This document shows, in pieces, positions 18,070-27,766 of a stretch of 64,000 bases of DNA. The notes under the pieces were generated by a model. The model was not told the DNA's origin and searched no databases. It worked only from the letters and a program-made list of their open reading frames with translations. This DNA comes from Prochlorococcus sp. AG-355-B18 (GTDB lineage Bacteria; Cyanobacteriota; Cyanobacteriia; PCC-6307; Cyanobiaceae): the NCBI GenBank assembly GCA_003280965.1, contig QCDI01000010.1:1-64000 (forward strand). Direction: 5' to 3'. The position numbers were made by a program, and so were the translations under genes. Position 1 is the stretch's first letter. Each line of letters opens with the position of its first letter.

Positions 18070-20552
18070 ATACTATATTTTTTTATAAGTTTTTCTACTC
18101 TTTTTTCTATTGGTTCGTTACTTAAAGTATTTTTAAGTCTCTCAACTAATAACGGAAAAGCAAAAGGACTTGGAGTTTTTGTTTCGTTTATTAGCAGTTT
18201 TAATTTTTTTAATCTTTCTAATGATCTAGTTATTCTTTTATTTTCCAATTGGTATTCTTTTACTTCTTGATGTGATTGTTTTATTAAAAGATGATCTTCT
18301 TCGTATTTAGTAAAGACATCGTAAAAAAGACTTGAGCTTATTTGAAGTTGCGAGGATGTTTTTGTCTTAATTGGATTATTTTGATTTACTAGTCCACTAA
18401 TTTGAGCAATATTTTTGAATCTACGTTTTGTTAATTCTGAAAAATTAATTGCATTTTCAAGGTCTTCTTCTAATTTTTTGTTATCTAAAAAATAATTGGC
18501 TTCTTTTTTTATTATGGAAAAATCATAATCTTCGAAGGTGGTTAAGCTGAATCCAAAATCATTAGCAGTGATACTAAATGTAGATTGTTTTAATTTTGCA
18601 AATCTCAAAGCCCATAGAAATGCTATTCCTTCATTTACAAATTTGCCATCTAATGTGAATACAAAAAGATTAGATAAATCCTTTGTTTTATATATTTCAA
18701 TAAGGAATTCATCTTTCTTTGGAATATTAGAGAGAGCCTTTTGTTTATTTAATATTGGAAGTAATGAATTTAATTCTGGATTTAAGTAATCATTATTTTC
18801 TAGTTTATTGCATATATCTATCTCTTTCCTCAAACTCTCACTAAGTAAATCAGAAATTGCCATTTGACCACCAACCCAAGCAGGAATAAGAGAACTTTTC
18901 TTAGATGATTTTTTTACGTATAAAATCATATCTCTGATTCTTACAAATTGAAGCATTTTCCCAGCGAAATAAAAGGTATCGCCAGGACTTAATTTTGATG
19001 CAAAATTTTCTTCTAAGTTACCTAAGGATTTACCCTTGATATATTTAACATTCACAAATTTGTCACTTGTAATTGTCCCAATATTGAACTTATGCATTCT
19101 TATTAAAGATTTGTCCTTCACGAAATATCTAAAATTTTCATTTTCATTTTTTGATTCTTCTTTCTCAATTTTTTTATATTTCGGGTATGCTTTAAGGCAT
19201 TTTCCTCCATATTCTAAAAAGTCAATACACCAATCCCAATCTTTATCTTTTAAGTTTCTATAACTCCAGCAATTTTTAATCCTTTCTTTTTCTATGGCTG
19301 GATTAAAGCCATTTCCGCAGGCCAGACTTATTAGATGTTGAAGAAGCACATCATAAGATAATTCAGGAAGTCTAATATTTTCAGATATACCGCTTTTTAT
19401 AATTCTTCTCATTGCACTTATCTCTAATAATTCTAAGGAATTAGTAGGCATAAAAATTATTTTTGATTTTCCGCCTGGTCTATGAGCACTTCTTCCTGCT
19501 CTTTGGATTAGTCTAGCCAAATTTTTTGCACTTCCAATTTGAACGATTTGATCTACAGGTTGGAAGTCAACACCCAAATCTAATGAGCTGGTACAGACTA
19601 CCCATTTTATTAATCCATCTTTAACTCCTTCTTCAACTCTTTTTCTATCGTCTTTATCAAGTGAGCCGTGATGAATTGCTATTTTGTCTTCCATCTCTGG
19701 GAGAAAAAATCTAAGACATTGATACCATCTTTCGGATTGATTTCTTGTATTAGTAAATAATAAAGTACTTTTGTTTTTATCCAGAATTTTTAAAAGTGAA
19801 GCATGACTTCTAATTCCTAGATGTCCGCTCCATGGAAAGGTAGTTTTCTCCTCCGGTAAAACACTTATGATTTCTATTTCTTTTTGAATATTTGTACTAA
19901 TTATTTTGGGTCTAGAGCCTTTTATTCCAACTATTGATCTCGCCGCTTCTTCGATATTTCCTATAGTTGCAGACATTGCCCAAATTTGTAAATTTTTAAT
20001 ATTACCTCTTAGCCAACTTAAGGATAATTCGCACTGGTTACCTCTTTTACTACCCATCAATTCATGCCATTCATCAATAATTATTGATGACAATTCTTTA
20101 AAAAGATTATTAGATTCTTTATTAGAAAGTAAAAGAGTAAGAGACTCTGGAGTAGTAATAAGAATATTAGGAGGTTTAGTTAATTGCTTTTTCTTTTCAT
20201 ATGGAGTGGTATCGCCATTCCTAATTGCAACAGTAATGTCTTTATTAAAATATAAAGCTGCTAATTGTATTGAATTCTTTAAATCTCTACTTAGAGCTTT
20301 TAAGGGAGTTATTAATAATATATTCACACTTTTATTATTTTTGGGATCTTCTATCTTTGATAAAGGTCCCATTAATGCAGCATAAGTTTTGCCACAACCG
20401 GTAGGCACTTGAATTATTCCATTTTCACCATTTAAGAATGCTTCCCATGATTCAAGTTGGAAAGGTAAGGGATCCCAACCATTTGTGAAAAAAAACTTTT
20501 CAATTTTAGATATTAAATTAATCTGCCTATTATTTTGCGTAATATTTTTCAT
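18066..20552 (-). CDS. lhr: ligase-associated Lhr-core DEXH helicase
   Basis: PTGCGKT, TPLKAL, TTPESL, DEWHEL, SATIGN, HHGSL, QRAGRSAH. Confidence 0.92.
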   Translation of the reverse strand: MKNITQNNRQINLISKIEKFFFTNGWDPLPFQLESWEAFLNGENGIIQVPTGCGKTYAALMGPLSKIEDPKNNKSVNILLITPLKALSRDLKNSIQLAALYFNKDITVAIRNGDTTPYEKKKQLTKPPNILITTPESLTLLLSNKESNNLFKELSSIIIDEWHELMGSKRGNQCELSLSWLRGNIKNLQIWAMSATIGNIEEAARSIVGIKGSRPKIISTNIQKEIEIISVLPEEKTTFPWSGHLGIRSHASLLKILDKNKSTLLFTNTRNQSERWYQCLRFFLPEMEDKIAIHHGSLDKDDRKRVEEGVKDGLIKWVVCTSSLDLGVDFQPVDQIVQIGSAKNLARLIQRAGRSAHRPGGKSKIIFMPTNSLELLEISAMRRIIKSGISENIRLPELSYDVLLQHLISLACGNGFNPAIEKERIKNCWSYRNLKDKDWDWCIDFLEYGGKCLKAYPKYKKIEKEESKNENENFRYFVKDKSLIRMHKFNIGTITSDKFVNVKYIKGKSLGNLEENFASKLSPGDTFYFAGKMLQFVRIRDMILYVKKSSKKSSLIPAWVGGQMAISDLLSESLRKEIDICNKLENNDYLNPELNSLLPILNKQKALSNIPKKDEFLIEIYKTKDLSNLFVFTLDGKFVNEGIAFLWALRFAKLKQSTFSITANDFGFSLTTFEDYDFSIIKKEANYFLDNKKLEEDLENAINFSELTKRRFKNIAQISGLVNQNNPIKTKTSSQLQISSSLFYDVFTKYEEDHLLIKQSHQEVKEYQLENKRITRSLERLKKLKLLINETKTPSPFAFPLLVERLKNTLSNEPIEKRVEKLIKKYSI

Positions 20553-22189
20553 GATATTTCTCTCATCAATTTATAAGCATTATCTAGGCTATCTGCATCA
20601 TTAATTTTTTTATCTTTCCTCCATTTTGTTATTCTTGGAAATCTTACTGCTATTCCTGATTTATGTCGTTTTGAAATTTGTATTTTCTCAAAAGATATTT
20701 CGAATACCATTTCTGGTTTCAATGATCGAACAGGTCCAAATTTATCTATTGTGTTTTTTCTTATCCATTTATCTAATTCTTTAATCTCAATATTTGTTAG
20801 ACCAGAATACGCACTTGCAAATTTAATTAATTCTTTGTCTTTCCATAATGCAAAACTATAGTCTGTATAAAGACCTGCTCTTCTTCCACTTCCACCTTTA
20901 GCGTAAATTAAAACAGCATCCAGTTGCATAGGGTCAACTTTATATTTCCACCAAATACCTTTTTTTCTTCCAGAAGTATATATAGAACTCTTTTTCTTAA
21001 TTATTAATCCTTCCGTATTATTTTCTCTAGATTTGTTTTTGTAACTTAAAGCATCTGCCCAATCTTTGGGATATATTAAATCACATATTTTGAAAATATT
21101 AGAGATATTATTCTCAGTTTTATTTTGCCATTTCGAAAAATATTTTTCTAAATCAATTCTCCTATTTTCTAATTTAATTTCTCTTTTATCCATCCCGTTC
21201 AACTCTAAAAGGTCATAAGCGATAAAAATAATTGGATATTTTTTTTGGATTGATTTAGTAGGAGATTTTCTATTTATTCTTTTTTGCATAAAAGAAAAAT
21301 CCATAGCAACTTGATCCTTAAAATTCCAGACTAATAATTCCCCATCTAGAACAAAATCATCTTTTATACTCGACATTTTCTCCACTAATTCTGGAAAAGA
21401 TTTGTTTACTAATTCTTGCCCTCTATTCCATAATGAAAGGTTCCCTGATCTTTTTATTACTTGAATCCTGATACCGTCGTATTTCCATTCAAACTGAAAA
21501 TCATTTATTGAATCTTTGAAAATTTTATCTTCAAATGTATTTGCTAATAAAAATGGAAATGGTTTGGAATTTAACTCTTCAAGATTGATATTCCTGTTAA
21601 ATAAAAATTCATACGCATTAATTGAAGGCTTGAAATCACCCATCAATCTATGAGAAATTATCTCTTCATCAATATTAATAAGCTTTGCTATGGATTTTGT
21701 TATCAATCCAACTGAGACTCCAACTCTAAAAGTTCCGGTAAGAATTTTATTAAAAGTAAGATGATTATCCGCAGGTAAAGTTTCCCAAGCTTTTTTAATT
21801 CTTGATTTTTTTTCCTCCTCATTTAGTTTTGATAATTCGGGTAATATTTTACTTAATAATTCATTTAGAGATGTTTTATGAATTTTTTTAGTTTGAGAAG
21901 TATTCTTATTTTTAAGCAATAACGTAATCACCTCAGCCGAATCACCAACTTTTAAATAACATGTATCGATTAACCATTGAGGGTAGTCATATACTTCAGA
22001 AAAAAGATCTCTTAAGTATCTTCCACTAACAAATCTCTTATTATTTTTCCCTGTTAGTAGATATATTGTCCATGCATTATCTATTGGTCTATTTGATAAA
22101 AAATATTTCTTTAAAACTTCAATTTTATTATTTGTACTGTTACTTGAATCAAGATCTACAAATAATTCTGAAAACTTATTTAAACTCAT
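20549..22189 (-). CDS. ATP-dependent DNA ligase
   Basis: Motif I EWKYDGIR, LDGEL, EGLIIK, WWKYK, VRFPRI. Confidence 0.94.
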   Translation of the reverse strand: MSLNKFSELFVDLDSSNSTNNKIEVLKKYFLSNRPIDNAWTIYLLTGKNNKRFVSGRYLRDLFSEVYDYPQWLIDTCYLKVGDSAEVITLLLKNKNTSQTKKIHKTSLNELLSKILPELSKLNEEEKKSRIKKAWETLPADNHLTFNKILTGTFRVGVSVGLITKSIAKLINIDEEIISHRLMGDFKPSINAYEFLFNRNINLEELNSKPFPFLLANTFEDKIFKDSINDFQFEWKYDGIRIQVIKRSGNLSLWNRGQELVNKSFPELVEKMSSIKDDFVLDGELLVWNFKDQVAMDFSFMQKRINRKSPTKSIQKKYPIIFIAYDLLELNGMDKREIKLENRRIDLEKYFSKWQNKTENNISNIFKICDLIYPKDWADALSYKNKSRENNTEGLIIKKKSSIYTSGRKKGIWWKYKVDPMQLDAVLIYAKGGSGRRAGLYTDYSFALWKDKELIKFASAYSGLTNIEIKELDKWIRKNTIDKFGPVRSLKPEMVFEISFEKIQISKRHKSGIAVRFPRITKWRKDKKINDADSLDNAYKLMREIS

Positions 22190-22191
22190 AC

Positions 22192-23178
22192 TTATTTCTC
22201 AAATAAAAGAACATTTATAGATTCTTTCTCACTTAAATATTTACTTAATGCTTCACTATCTCCATGATGAAAAAATACATTTTTTGCTTCAGACTTTTTT
22301 ACTACTTCTAAGATCCCTTCCCAATCTGCATGATCAGAAATTGCAAATCCTTTATCATAACCTGATCTATTTCTAAGAGCTCTTATTGACATCCATCCAC
22401 TCGCAAAAGCTGTTTGAATATTTTTGAAGTTCTTTAGATAAGAGCCTTTACTTAAAGATGGAGGTAATAATATTAGATTCCCTTTAAGGTCATCAATCTT
22501 TTTTTTGTTTTCTATTTTTATTGTATCTTTAATACAAATTCCAAGTTGTCTATAACAATCGTTCATTTTATGAATACTGCCATGGGTATAGATGTTACCT
22601 TCAAAATTTGTTTTACTAATTTCGTTTAATAACCTTTGTGCCTTCCCAAGTGAATAACAAAAAAGTAAAGAAGTTTTGTCTGGAGAATTATTTATCCAGT
22701 TTGAAATATTAATTGCTATGTTTTTTGTTTGATCCCATTTAAATATTGGCAAACCAAAAGTACATTCGCTTATTAAATAATCAGTTTTTACTATTTCATA
22801 TTTTTTGCAAGTTTCATCTTTTTGAAGCTTATAGTCACCAGTTATTAGCCATTTTTCTCCAGCGAATATAAATCTTATTTGACTAGAACCAAGTATATGA
22901 CCAGAAGGATGAAAAGAAATATTTATCCCATCTATCTTAAATTCTTCTCCATAATCAAAAGGTTTTATATTGACATTGTCTCCAACTCTTTTTTTTATAA
23001 GAACTGCAGTCTCTTTAGTAGAGAGGTATTCTTCACAGCCAAACGTAAAGTGATCAAAATGAGCATGGGTTATTAACGCTCTCTTTACTGGCTTACTTGG
23101 GTCTATCCAAATATCAGCTAGTTCACAGTAAAGATTTCCATCTTTATATTTAATTAGATTTTCTTCCTTGGTTCTCAA
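22192..23178 (-). CDS. ligase-associated metallo-beta-lactamase/beta-CASP exonuclease
   Basis: ITHAHFDH, GHILGS, TGDYK, ECTFGLP, YSLGKAQR, SDHADW. Confidence 0.92.
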   Translation of the reverse strand: MRTKEENLIKYKDGNLYCELADIWIDPSKPVKRALITHAHFDHFTFGCEEYLSTKETAVLIKKRVGDNVNIKPFDYGEEFKIDGINISFHPSGHILGSSQIRFIFAGEKWLITGDYKLQKDETCKKYEIVKTDYLISECTFGLPIFKWDQTKNIAINISNWINNSPDKTSLLFCYSLGKAQRLLNEISKTNFEGNIYTHGSIHKMNDCYRQLGICIKDTIKIENKKKIDDLKGNLILLPPSLSKGSYLKNFKNIQTAFASGWMSIRALRNRSGYDKGFAISDHADWEGILEVVKKSEAKNVFFHHGDSEALSKYLSEKESINVLLFEK

Positions 23179-23218
23179 AACAACATTTTTTGAATGCAGT
23201 TAATTTAGCTAATTACGC

Positions 23219-23635
23219 CTAAGCTTGTTTGGATAACGCTATAGCTGAAATTGTAAGTAAGGCAATAACTACAAATTTGTTGCTCCAATTAATCATGAAA
23301 ATACTAATTCTGTTAGCAGGAACTTTATTAGATAAAGAAATTTTTTTCTCATTTATTGTTTGGGTTGTGTGATTTTGGTCTATATCTCTTACGTAATTAA
23401 AATTATTAATCTTATTTATTAATTTAGCCTCACAAGTTGATAGGGTTTCAACTTGATTTAATAACTCTATATCATCAGGTTTTAATAAACTATTTAATTC
23501 TTTAACTTGTAATTCGTTATTTATAAGGAATTCATTAACTATCTCTTCTGAGCTTAACCCATTCTTTATTTTTAAAAGAATATCATCTCTTTCCCAGGAA
23601 TTTTCAAGGGAATTTAAAATTTTGCTTATGCTCAT
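23219..23635 (-). CDS. hypothetical protein with C-terminal membrane segment
   Basis: ORF track; hydrophobic C-terminus. Confidence 0.7.
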   Translation of the reverse strand: MSISKILNSLENSWERDDILLKIKNGLSSEEIVNEFLINNELQVKELNSLLKPDDIELLNQVETLSTCEAKLINKINNFNYVRDIDQNHTTQTINEKKISLSNKVPANRISIFMINWSNKFVVIALLTISAIALSKQA

Positions 23636-23719
23636 TTTAAGTATTTTTACTTATGATAAAATATTATTTTTTTCTTCTGTGGTTTATTCTTCTAAGGAAT
23701 TAGAAAATATAAGTTTTAT

Positions 23720-24007
23720 TTAAGATTTGCGAATAAGTCTGTTTGCGAAATAGTTTATCTTTACTTTATCTTCAATTTTTCTTGAACTGCTTTTTGATTT
23801 GAGTTTATTTTTATTTAGATTAACTATTTCATCTGATACATTTTTACCAGTTTCAAAATAACTTTTAATTTTTTCTAATTCTTCTTTATTTAATCTTTTT
23901 GTTGCACCTTTTGCATTAATTCCAAGTTTCTTACAGGCTAATAATATTCTATTACTCTCGACATTTAGATCTTTAGCAATAGTGAAAATTGGAGTATTGG
24001 GAGACAT
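23720..24007 (-). CDS. stand-alone IF-2 N-terminal-domain-like protein
   Basis: PIFTIAKDLNVESNRILLACKKLGINAKGATKRL resembles the IF2_N pattern. Confidence 0.7.
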   Translation of the reverse strand: MSPNTPIFTIAKDLNVESNRILLACKKLGINAKGATKRLNKEELEKIKSYFETGKNVSDEIVNLNKNKLKSKSSSRKIEDKVKINYFANRLIRKS

Positions 24008-24101
24008 TATTTTCTTTTCTATGGAATTTATTATTAATAGTATATTTATAAATTAATAATTAAATGCATTTTTAACTATTATTAATTTCTAAAATTTTAG
24101 A

Positions 24102-25421
24102 TTAAGCAACTTGATCTTCAAAATTATTTAAATCATCAAACTTTTTTTTCATAGTGGGGTTATTTTTAGTTAATTTCTTTACCGTTAAGTCTTGAGATTT
24201 GCTGTCAGCAGATAATAGGTGTTTTTTTGAGAGAATTAAAGCCTCTTTAGTTTTCTGTAAATGGCTTATTGATTTATCTATTTCTGTAATTGCATCATTA
24301 AATCTATCTTGGGCTAGTGATACATTCTTACCAACTGCATTCTTAAATTGCTCTAGGGTACTTTCAAAATTTGTTATGTCGTAGTTCTCCCGTTTCATCA
24401 AATCAATTTGTGATTTGTATTTTAGAGTTTCCATAGAGGCATTTCTTAGTAGAGAAATAATTGGCAAAAAGAATTGTGGTCTAATAACATACATCTTTGG
24501 AAATCTATGAGAGACATCTACAATCCCAGCATTATATAATTCACTATCTGGTTCTAGAAGAGATACGAGTACTGCATATTCACAAGATTTTTGTCTTCTA
24601 TCTTTATCCAATTCTTTTAAAAAGTCTTCGTTTTTCTTTTTATTAGTTCCACCTAAAGATTCATTTTTCATCTCAAACATTATTGATACGATTTCAACTT
24701 TATTATTATCAAATTCTCGAAATATATAGTCTCCTTTACTTCCCAAGGTGGCATCATTGTCCTTTTCAAAATATGAGTTTTTAAATGCTGTGGCGCGATT
24801 AAGATTGAATTGAGTTTCGCAATGGATTTCTAAGGTTTCGCCTACCATTTTTGTAGACAATCTAGATTTCATTTCTCTTAACTCTTGAATAGTTAAGTCT
24901 CTTTCACTAATTTTGCTTTTAAATTTTTCTTCAATTAATTTTTCATTAATTGAGTTTTCAAGTCTAATTTTTTCTATAGAATTTGTTAGCGATGAGTTTT
25001 CTTTTTCTAAATTAGCAACAGCTTCATTGACTTTATTTTTTAAAGATAATTCTGAAATTAAAGACTGATTTTTAATTTCAGCCTTTAAATTTTCTAGTTC
25101 ATTGTTAAGAGAATTAATTTTATATGTTGCTTGATTTTTTAAATCATTTAGGGCACTTGTTTTCTTCTCTTCAGCGATATTTAATTTAGATTCAAGAACT
25201 TTAATCTCATTCTCTTTAATGCGGTTTTGCTCTATTAACTTTATTTCCAATTCACGCTTTAAAATTTCTAAAGATTTTTTATTATCTTCTTCCGCCAATA
25301 TTAGTCTTTCTTTTATTTGTTTATTAAATTCTTCATCTTTTATTTGAAGAAGTATTTCTTCAAAACTGCTGGGATCAATTCTGAAAGTTTTTCCGCATGA
25401 GGGACATTTAATATCTTTCAT
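24102..25421 (-). CDS. DUF2130-like coiled-coil protein
   Basis: N-terminal IKCPSCG, long coiled coil, STKMVGETLE, KGDYIFR, SIMFEMKNE, CEYAVLVS. Confidence 0.75.
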   Translation of the reverse strand: MKDIKCPSCGKTFRIDPSSFEEILLQIKDEEFNKQIKERLILAEEDNKKSLEILKRELEIKLIEQNRIKENEIKVLESKLNIAEEKKTSALNDLKNQATYKINSLNNELENLKAEIKNQSLISELSLKNKVNEAVANLEKENSSLTNSIEKIRLENSINEKLIEEKFKSKISERDLTIQELREMKSRLSTKMVGETLEIHCETQFNLNRATAFKNSYFEKDNDATLGSKGDYIFREFDNNKVEIVSIMFEMKNESLGGTNKKKNEDFLKELDKDRRQKSCEYAVLVSLLEPDSELYNAGIVDVSHRFPKMYVIRPQFFLPIISLLRNASMETLKYKSQIDLMKRENYDITNFESTLEQFKNAVGKNVSLAQDRFNDAITEIDKSISHLQKTKEALILSKKHLLSADSKSQDLTVKKLTKNNPTMKKKFDDLNNFEDQVA

Positions 25422-25551
25422 TTTTAATTACAAAATTATTCTTAGAAAGGATTTAATATTCGAGTTATGTAAAAAGAATATTATTCTTGACTAAGAATAA
25501 ACAATGATTCATTGTTATGCATTAAAAAATAAAATAAATATTGAATGTAAG

Positions 25552-25920
25552 TTATATTAATCCAGATTCTTTAAGAATATTTATTTTATTTGCTAATTCT
25601 ATATCGGCAGAAGATATTGATCGATCTAAGGTTTTATGAGAAGAAACTGTGTAACCACTATCATCAACAAATTCGTCTTCTGCATCTTTTAATTGCACAT
25701 TATCATTTTGAAGATCTCTGAAATTATCAGATTTGTATATATTTGATTTATTAATATTGCTATATCCAAAATTTGCAATTCCTCTGGCATCTAACGCTTC
25801 TTCAACTAATATTCCAACAACTTTAGATCGACTTATAGATTCGCTTTTAGATATTTCATCAATAATTTCAAGTACTCTTTTTCTAGGTAGATATCCTATC
25901 CTTTTTACTTTATTTTCCAT
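25552..25920 (-). CDS. putative ribbon-helix-helix (CopG-like) DNA-binding protein
   Basis: KRIGYLP…IDEISKSESISRSKVVGILVEEAL pattern. Confidence 0.6.
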   Translation of the reverse strand: MENKVKRIGYLPRKRVLEIIDEISKSESISRSKVVGILVEEALDARGIANFGYSNINKSNIYKSDNFRDLQNDNVQLKDAEDEFVDDSGYTVSSHKTLDRSISSADIELANKINILKESGLI

Positions 25921-26015
25921 AAAAATTTATATATGTCGTTATTGTAACACTTCTGTCAAATATGTTCAGACTTTTATTGATAGTACATATTGTAAAGTTA
26001 AGTAATAAAAGAAAG

Positions 26016-26122
26016 TATAATTCTAAGGTACATTCATAGAAAGTTTTGTCTTGATTAGTCTCAGGGTATTTTATATATTTCTCTAATAACTCTAGATTAG
26101 GTCAAGATTTTAAAATCTTTCT
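26016..26122 (+). promoter_or_regulatory. TATAAT -10 element followed by long 5'-leader hairpin
   Basis: TATAAT 26016-26021; 26049-26061 pairs with 26094-26107 (G-U on + strand); outer AGAAAG/CTTTCT. Confidence 0.5.
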
Positions 26123-26141
26123 TATTTAAATTCTAAATCTT

Positions 26142-26345
26142 ATGAGTAATAAACTCTATGACAATGCTGATAGTTTTGCAATGTCATTTGACGAAGAATG
26201 GAAGAATATTGATTGTGAGGATCTACAATTAAAGATAGATAAAGTGTTTGAACTTTTATCTGACCATCCTTTTCTAGTTTCTAATCCAGAAAATGCTAGA
26301 AATATGGCTGAATTTAGGATATTTTCATTAAAAAAATTTAAATAG
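26142..26345 (+). CDS. small hypothetical protein (67 aa)
   Basis: ORF track; protein-like sequence YDNADSFAMSFDEEW…HPFL…AEFR. Confidence 0.8.
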   Translation: MSNKLYDNADSFAMSFDEEWKNIDCEDLQLKIDKVFELLSDHPFLVSNPENARNMAEFRIFSLKKFK

Positions 26346-26408
26346 TTATTTTTATTTTTTTATTGAAAGTAATTATTTAGGTTTAATTTAATATTCAAAA
26401 CTCAAGAT

Positions 26409-26582
26409 TTACATATTTGGAGAATTAAAAAAACCCTTGCTATATAAAAATATTGTTATACCTATGATTGGACCTATTCCAAAAATAAAAAGAACTAATT
26501 TTGCAGAATTTTTTGTTTGACCCAATTCTTGATTTTTTTTATTCGACTTAGATTGTAATTTTTTAGGCTTTTTGTTTTTCAT
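26409..26582 (-). CDS. small membrane protein (57 aa, MKNKKPKKLQ…LVLFIFGIGPIIGITIFLYSKGFFNSPNM)
   Basis: Manual translation; basic N-terminus + one TM helix. Confidence 0.65.
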   Translation of the reverse strand: MKNKKPKKLQSKSNKKNQELGQTKNSAKLVLFIFGIGPIIGITIFLYSKGFFNSPNM

Positions 26583-26720
26583 GAGTGATATATTACTACA
26601 TTGAAACTTAAAAAAAAAATTTTTTGGTGTGTTTTAAATCTTTATATTTTCTGATTTCGTCAAATTTACTAAGGGATCATAAATCACAATAATGTATAAT
26701 TAAAATATATAAAAGCCAAT

Positions 26721-26927
26721 ATGAGTGCAAGTAAGAGAGAAGAAGTAAGTTCTCACCTTAGATATATAAGGTTAGAGCTTAGAGAGATGCATCAAATGCT
26801 TATCAAGGATGATTTGTTGCCAGATCTTAGTGAAGCAAAGGAAGTACATGCACAACTAGATGCATTATTAGATTTGTTGTCAGACAAAAGAGTAAAAAAT
26901 ATTAAAGGTCAACTAGGAAAATTTTAA
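26721..26927 (+). CDS. small helical hypothetical protein (68 aa)
   Basis: ORF track; TATAAT at 26695; paralogue at 28165-28341. Confidence 0.8.
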   Translation: MSASKREEVSSHLRYIRLELREMHQMLIKDDLLPDLSEAKEVHAQLDALLDLLSDKRVKNIKGQLGKF

Positions 26928-26941
26928 ATCTTTTGAATAAA

Positions 26942-27136
26942 TCATAAGTAATTAGTAGCTGATTCTATTTTTTTTCTATTGTCATGCATCTGCTCTAATT
27001 TATTGTAAATTTCTTTAATTTGAATTTGTAGTAGATCAGTTGAATTAATATTGCTTAATGCTTCCATTGCTGATAGGAGACTTTCCTTTGCTTCAATCAA
27101 ATGTCTACATTCCTTGCTGCCTGCTTCGTATGACAT
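26942..27136 (-). CDS. small hypothetical protein (MSYEAGSKECRHLIEAKE…, 64 aa)
   Basis: ORF track; ATG at 27136 preferred. Confidence 0.75.
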   Translation of the reverse strand: MSYEAGSKECRHLIEAKESLLSAMEALSNINSTDLLQIQIKEIYNKLEQMHDNRKKIESATNYL

Positions 27137-27183
27137 AGTTATTAAGAAAATTTTATTATCACAAATATACAAAAAATTGTTCC

Positions 27184-27197
27184 GTATTGCTTGATAC
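27184..27197. promoter_or_regulatory. possible NtcA site
   Basis: GTA-TTGCTTGA-TAC in a divergent intergenic region; -10-like hexamers 21 nt (+) and 23 nt (-) away. Confidence 0.4.
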
Positions 27198-27277
27198 TCT
27201 TACCAAAGGAAAGCTTATTAATGTGACTTCTAATACAGAATAGGCGATTATTTTTATTACAATTTAAAAAAAAACTT

Positions 27278-27460
27278 GTGCAAGAAAATTCTAAAGATTA
27301 CGAATTCTGTATTAAATTAGCTCTAGATAACGCCAAAAAAAGAATTTCTAAATTAGATAATCCTGATAAAAAGTGTGTATTAGAAGAATATAAGGAATGG
27401 ATTAAGGATGGCTTTAGTAATCATACAGTTTTACTACTTAGAGAAGACCCAATTATCTAA
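27278..27460 (+). CDS. small hypothetical protein (60 aa)
   Basis: ORF track; GTG start. Confidence 0.6.
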   Translation: MQENSKDYEFCIKLALDNAKKRISKLDNPDKKCVLEEYKEWIKDGFSNHTVLLLREDPII

Positions 27461-27479
27461 AATAATATAAGAACTATTT

Positions 27480-27575
27480 TTAATTATCTCCTTTAGAAGT
27501 AACCTTATATAAAAAGAAAAGGCTTAAAATAAATGTAATTATTAGGATAAGAGTTAGAAAAGAAATATCATACAT
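27480..27575 (-). CDS. possible 31-aa membrane peptide (MYDISFLTLILIITFILSLFFLYKVTSKGDN)
   Basis: Manual translation; one TM helix. Confidence 0.35.
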   Translation of the reverse strand: MYDISFLTLILIITFILSLFFLYKVTSKGDN

Positions 27576-27633
27576 TGTTATATCTACATATCTATTTTTA
27601 CTATACCGGGGTTGATTATATTTTCAAAGGAAT

Positions 27634-27762
27634 TCACTCTTCTTTAAGAATTGAAGAAATAAATTCTTTAAAATTTTCTTTTTCTAAAAAGATTTCTTTA
27701 GCCTTGTAGTTTATTAGTTTCTTAAATATCAAATCTATTAAATATTCTGCTTTTGGATTCAT
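27634..27762 (-). CDS. possible 42-aa protein (MNPKAEYLIDLIFKKLINYKAKEIFLEKENFKEFISSILKEE)
   Basis: Manual translation; ATG 4 bp after the stop of the upstream lipoprotein gene. Confidence 0.45.
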   Translation of the reverse strand: MNPKAEYLIDLIFKKLINYKAKEIFLEKENFKEFISSILKEE

Positions 27763-27766
27763 AATC

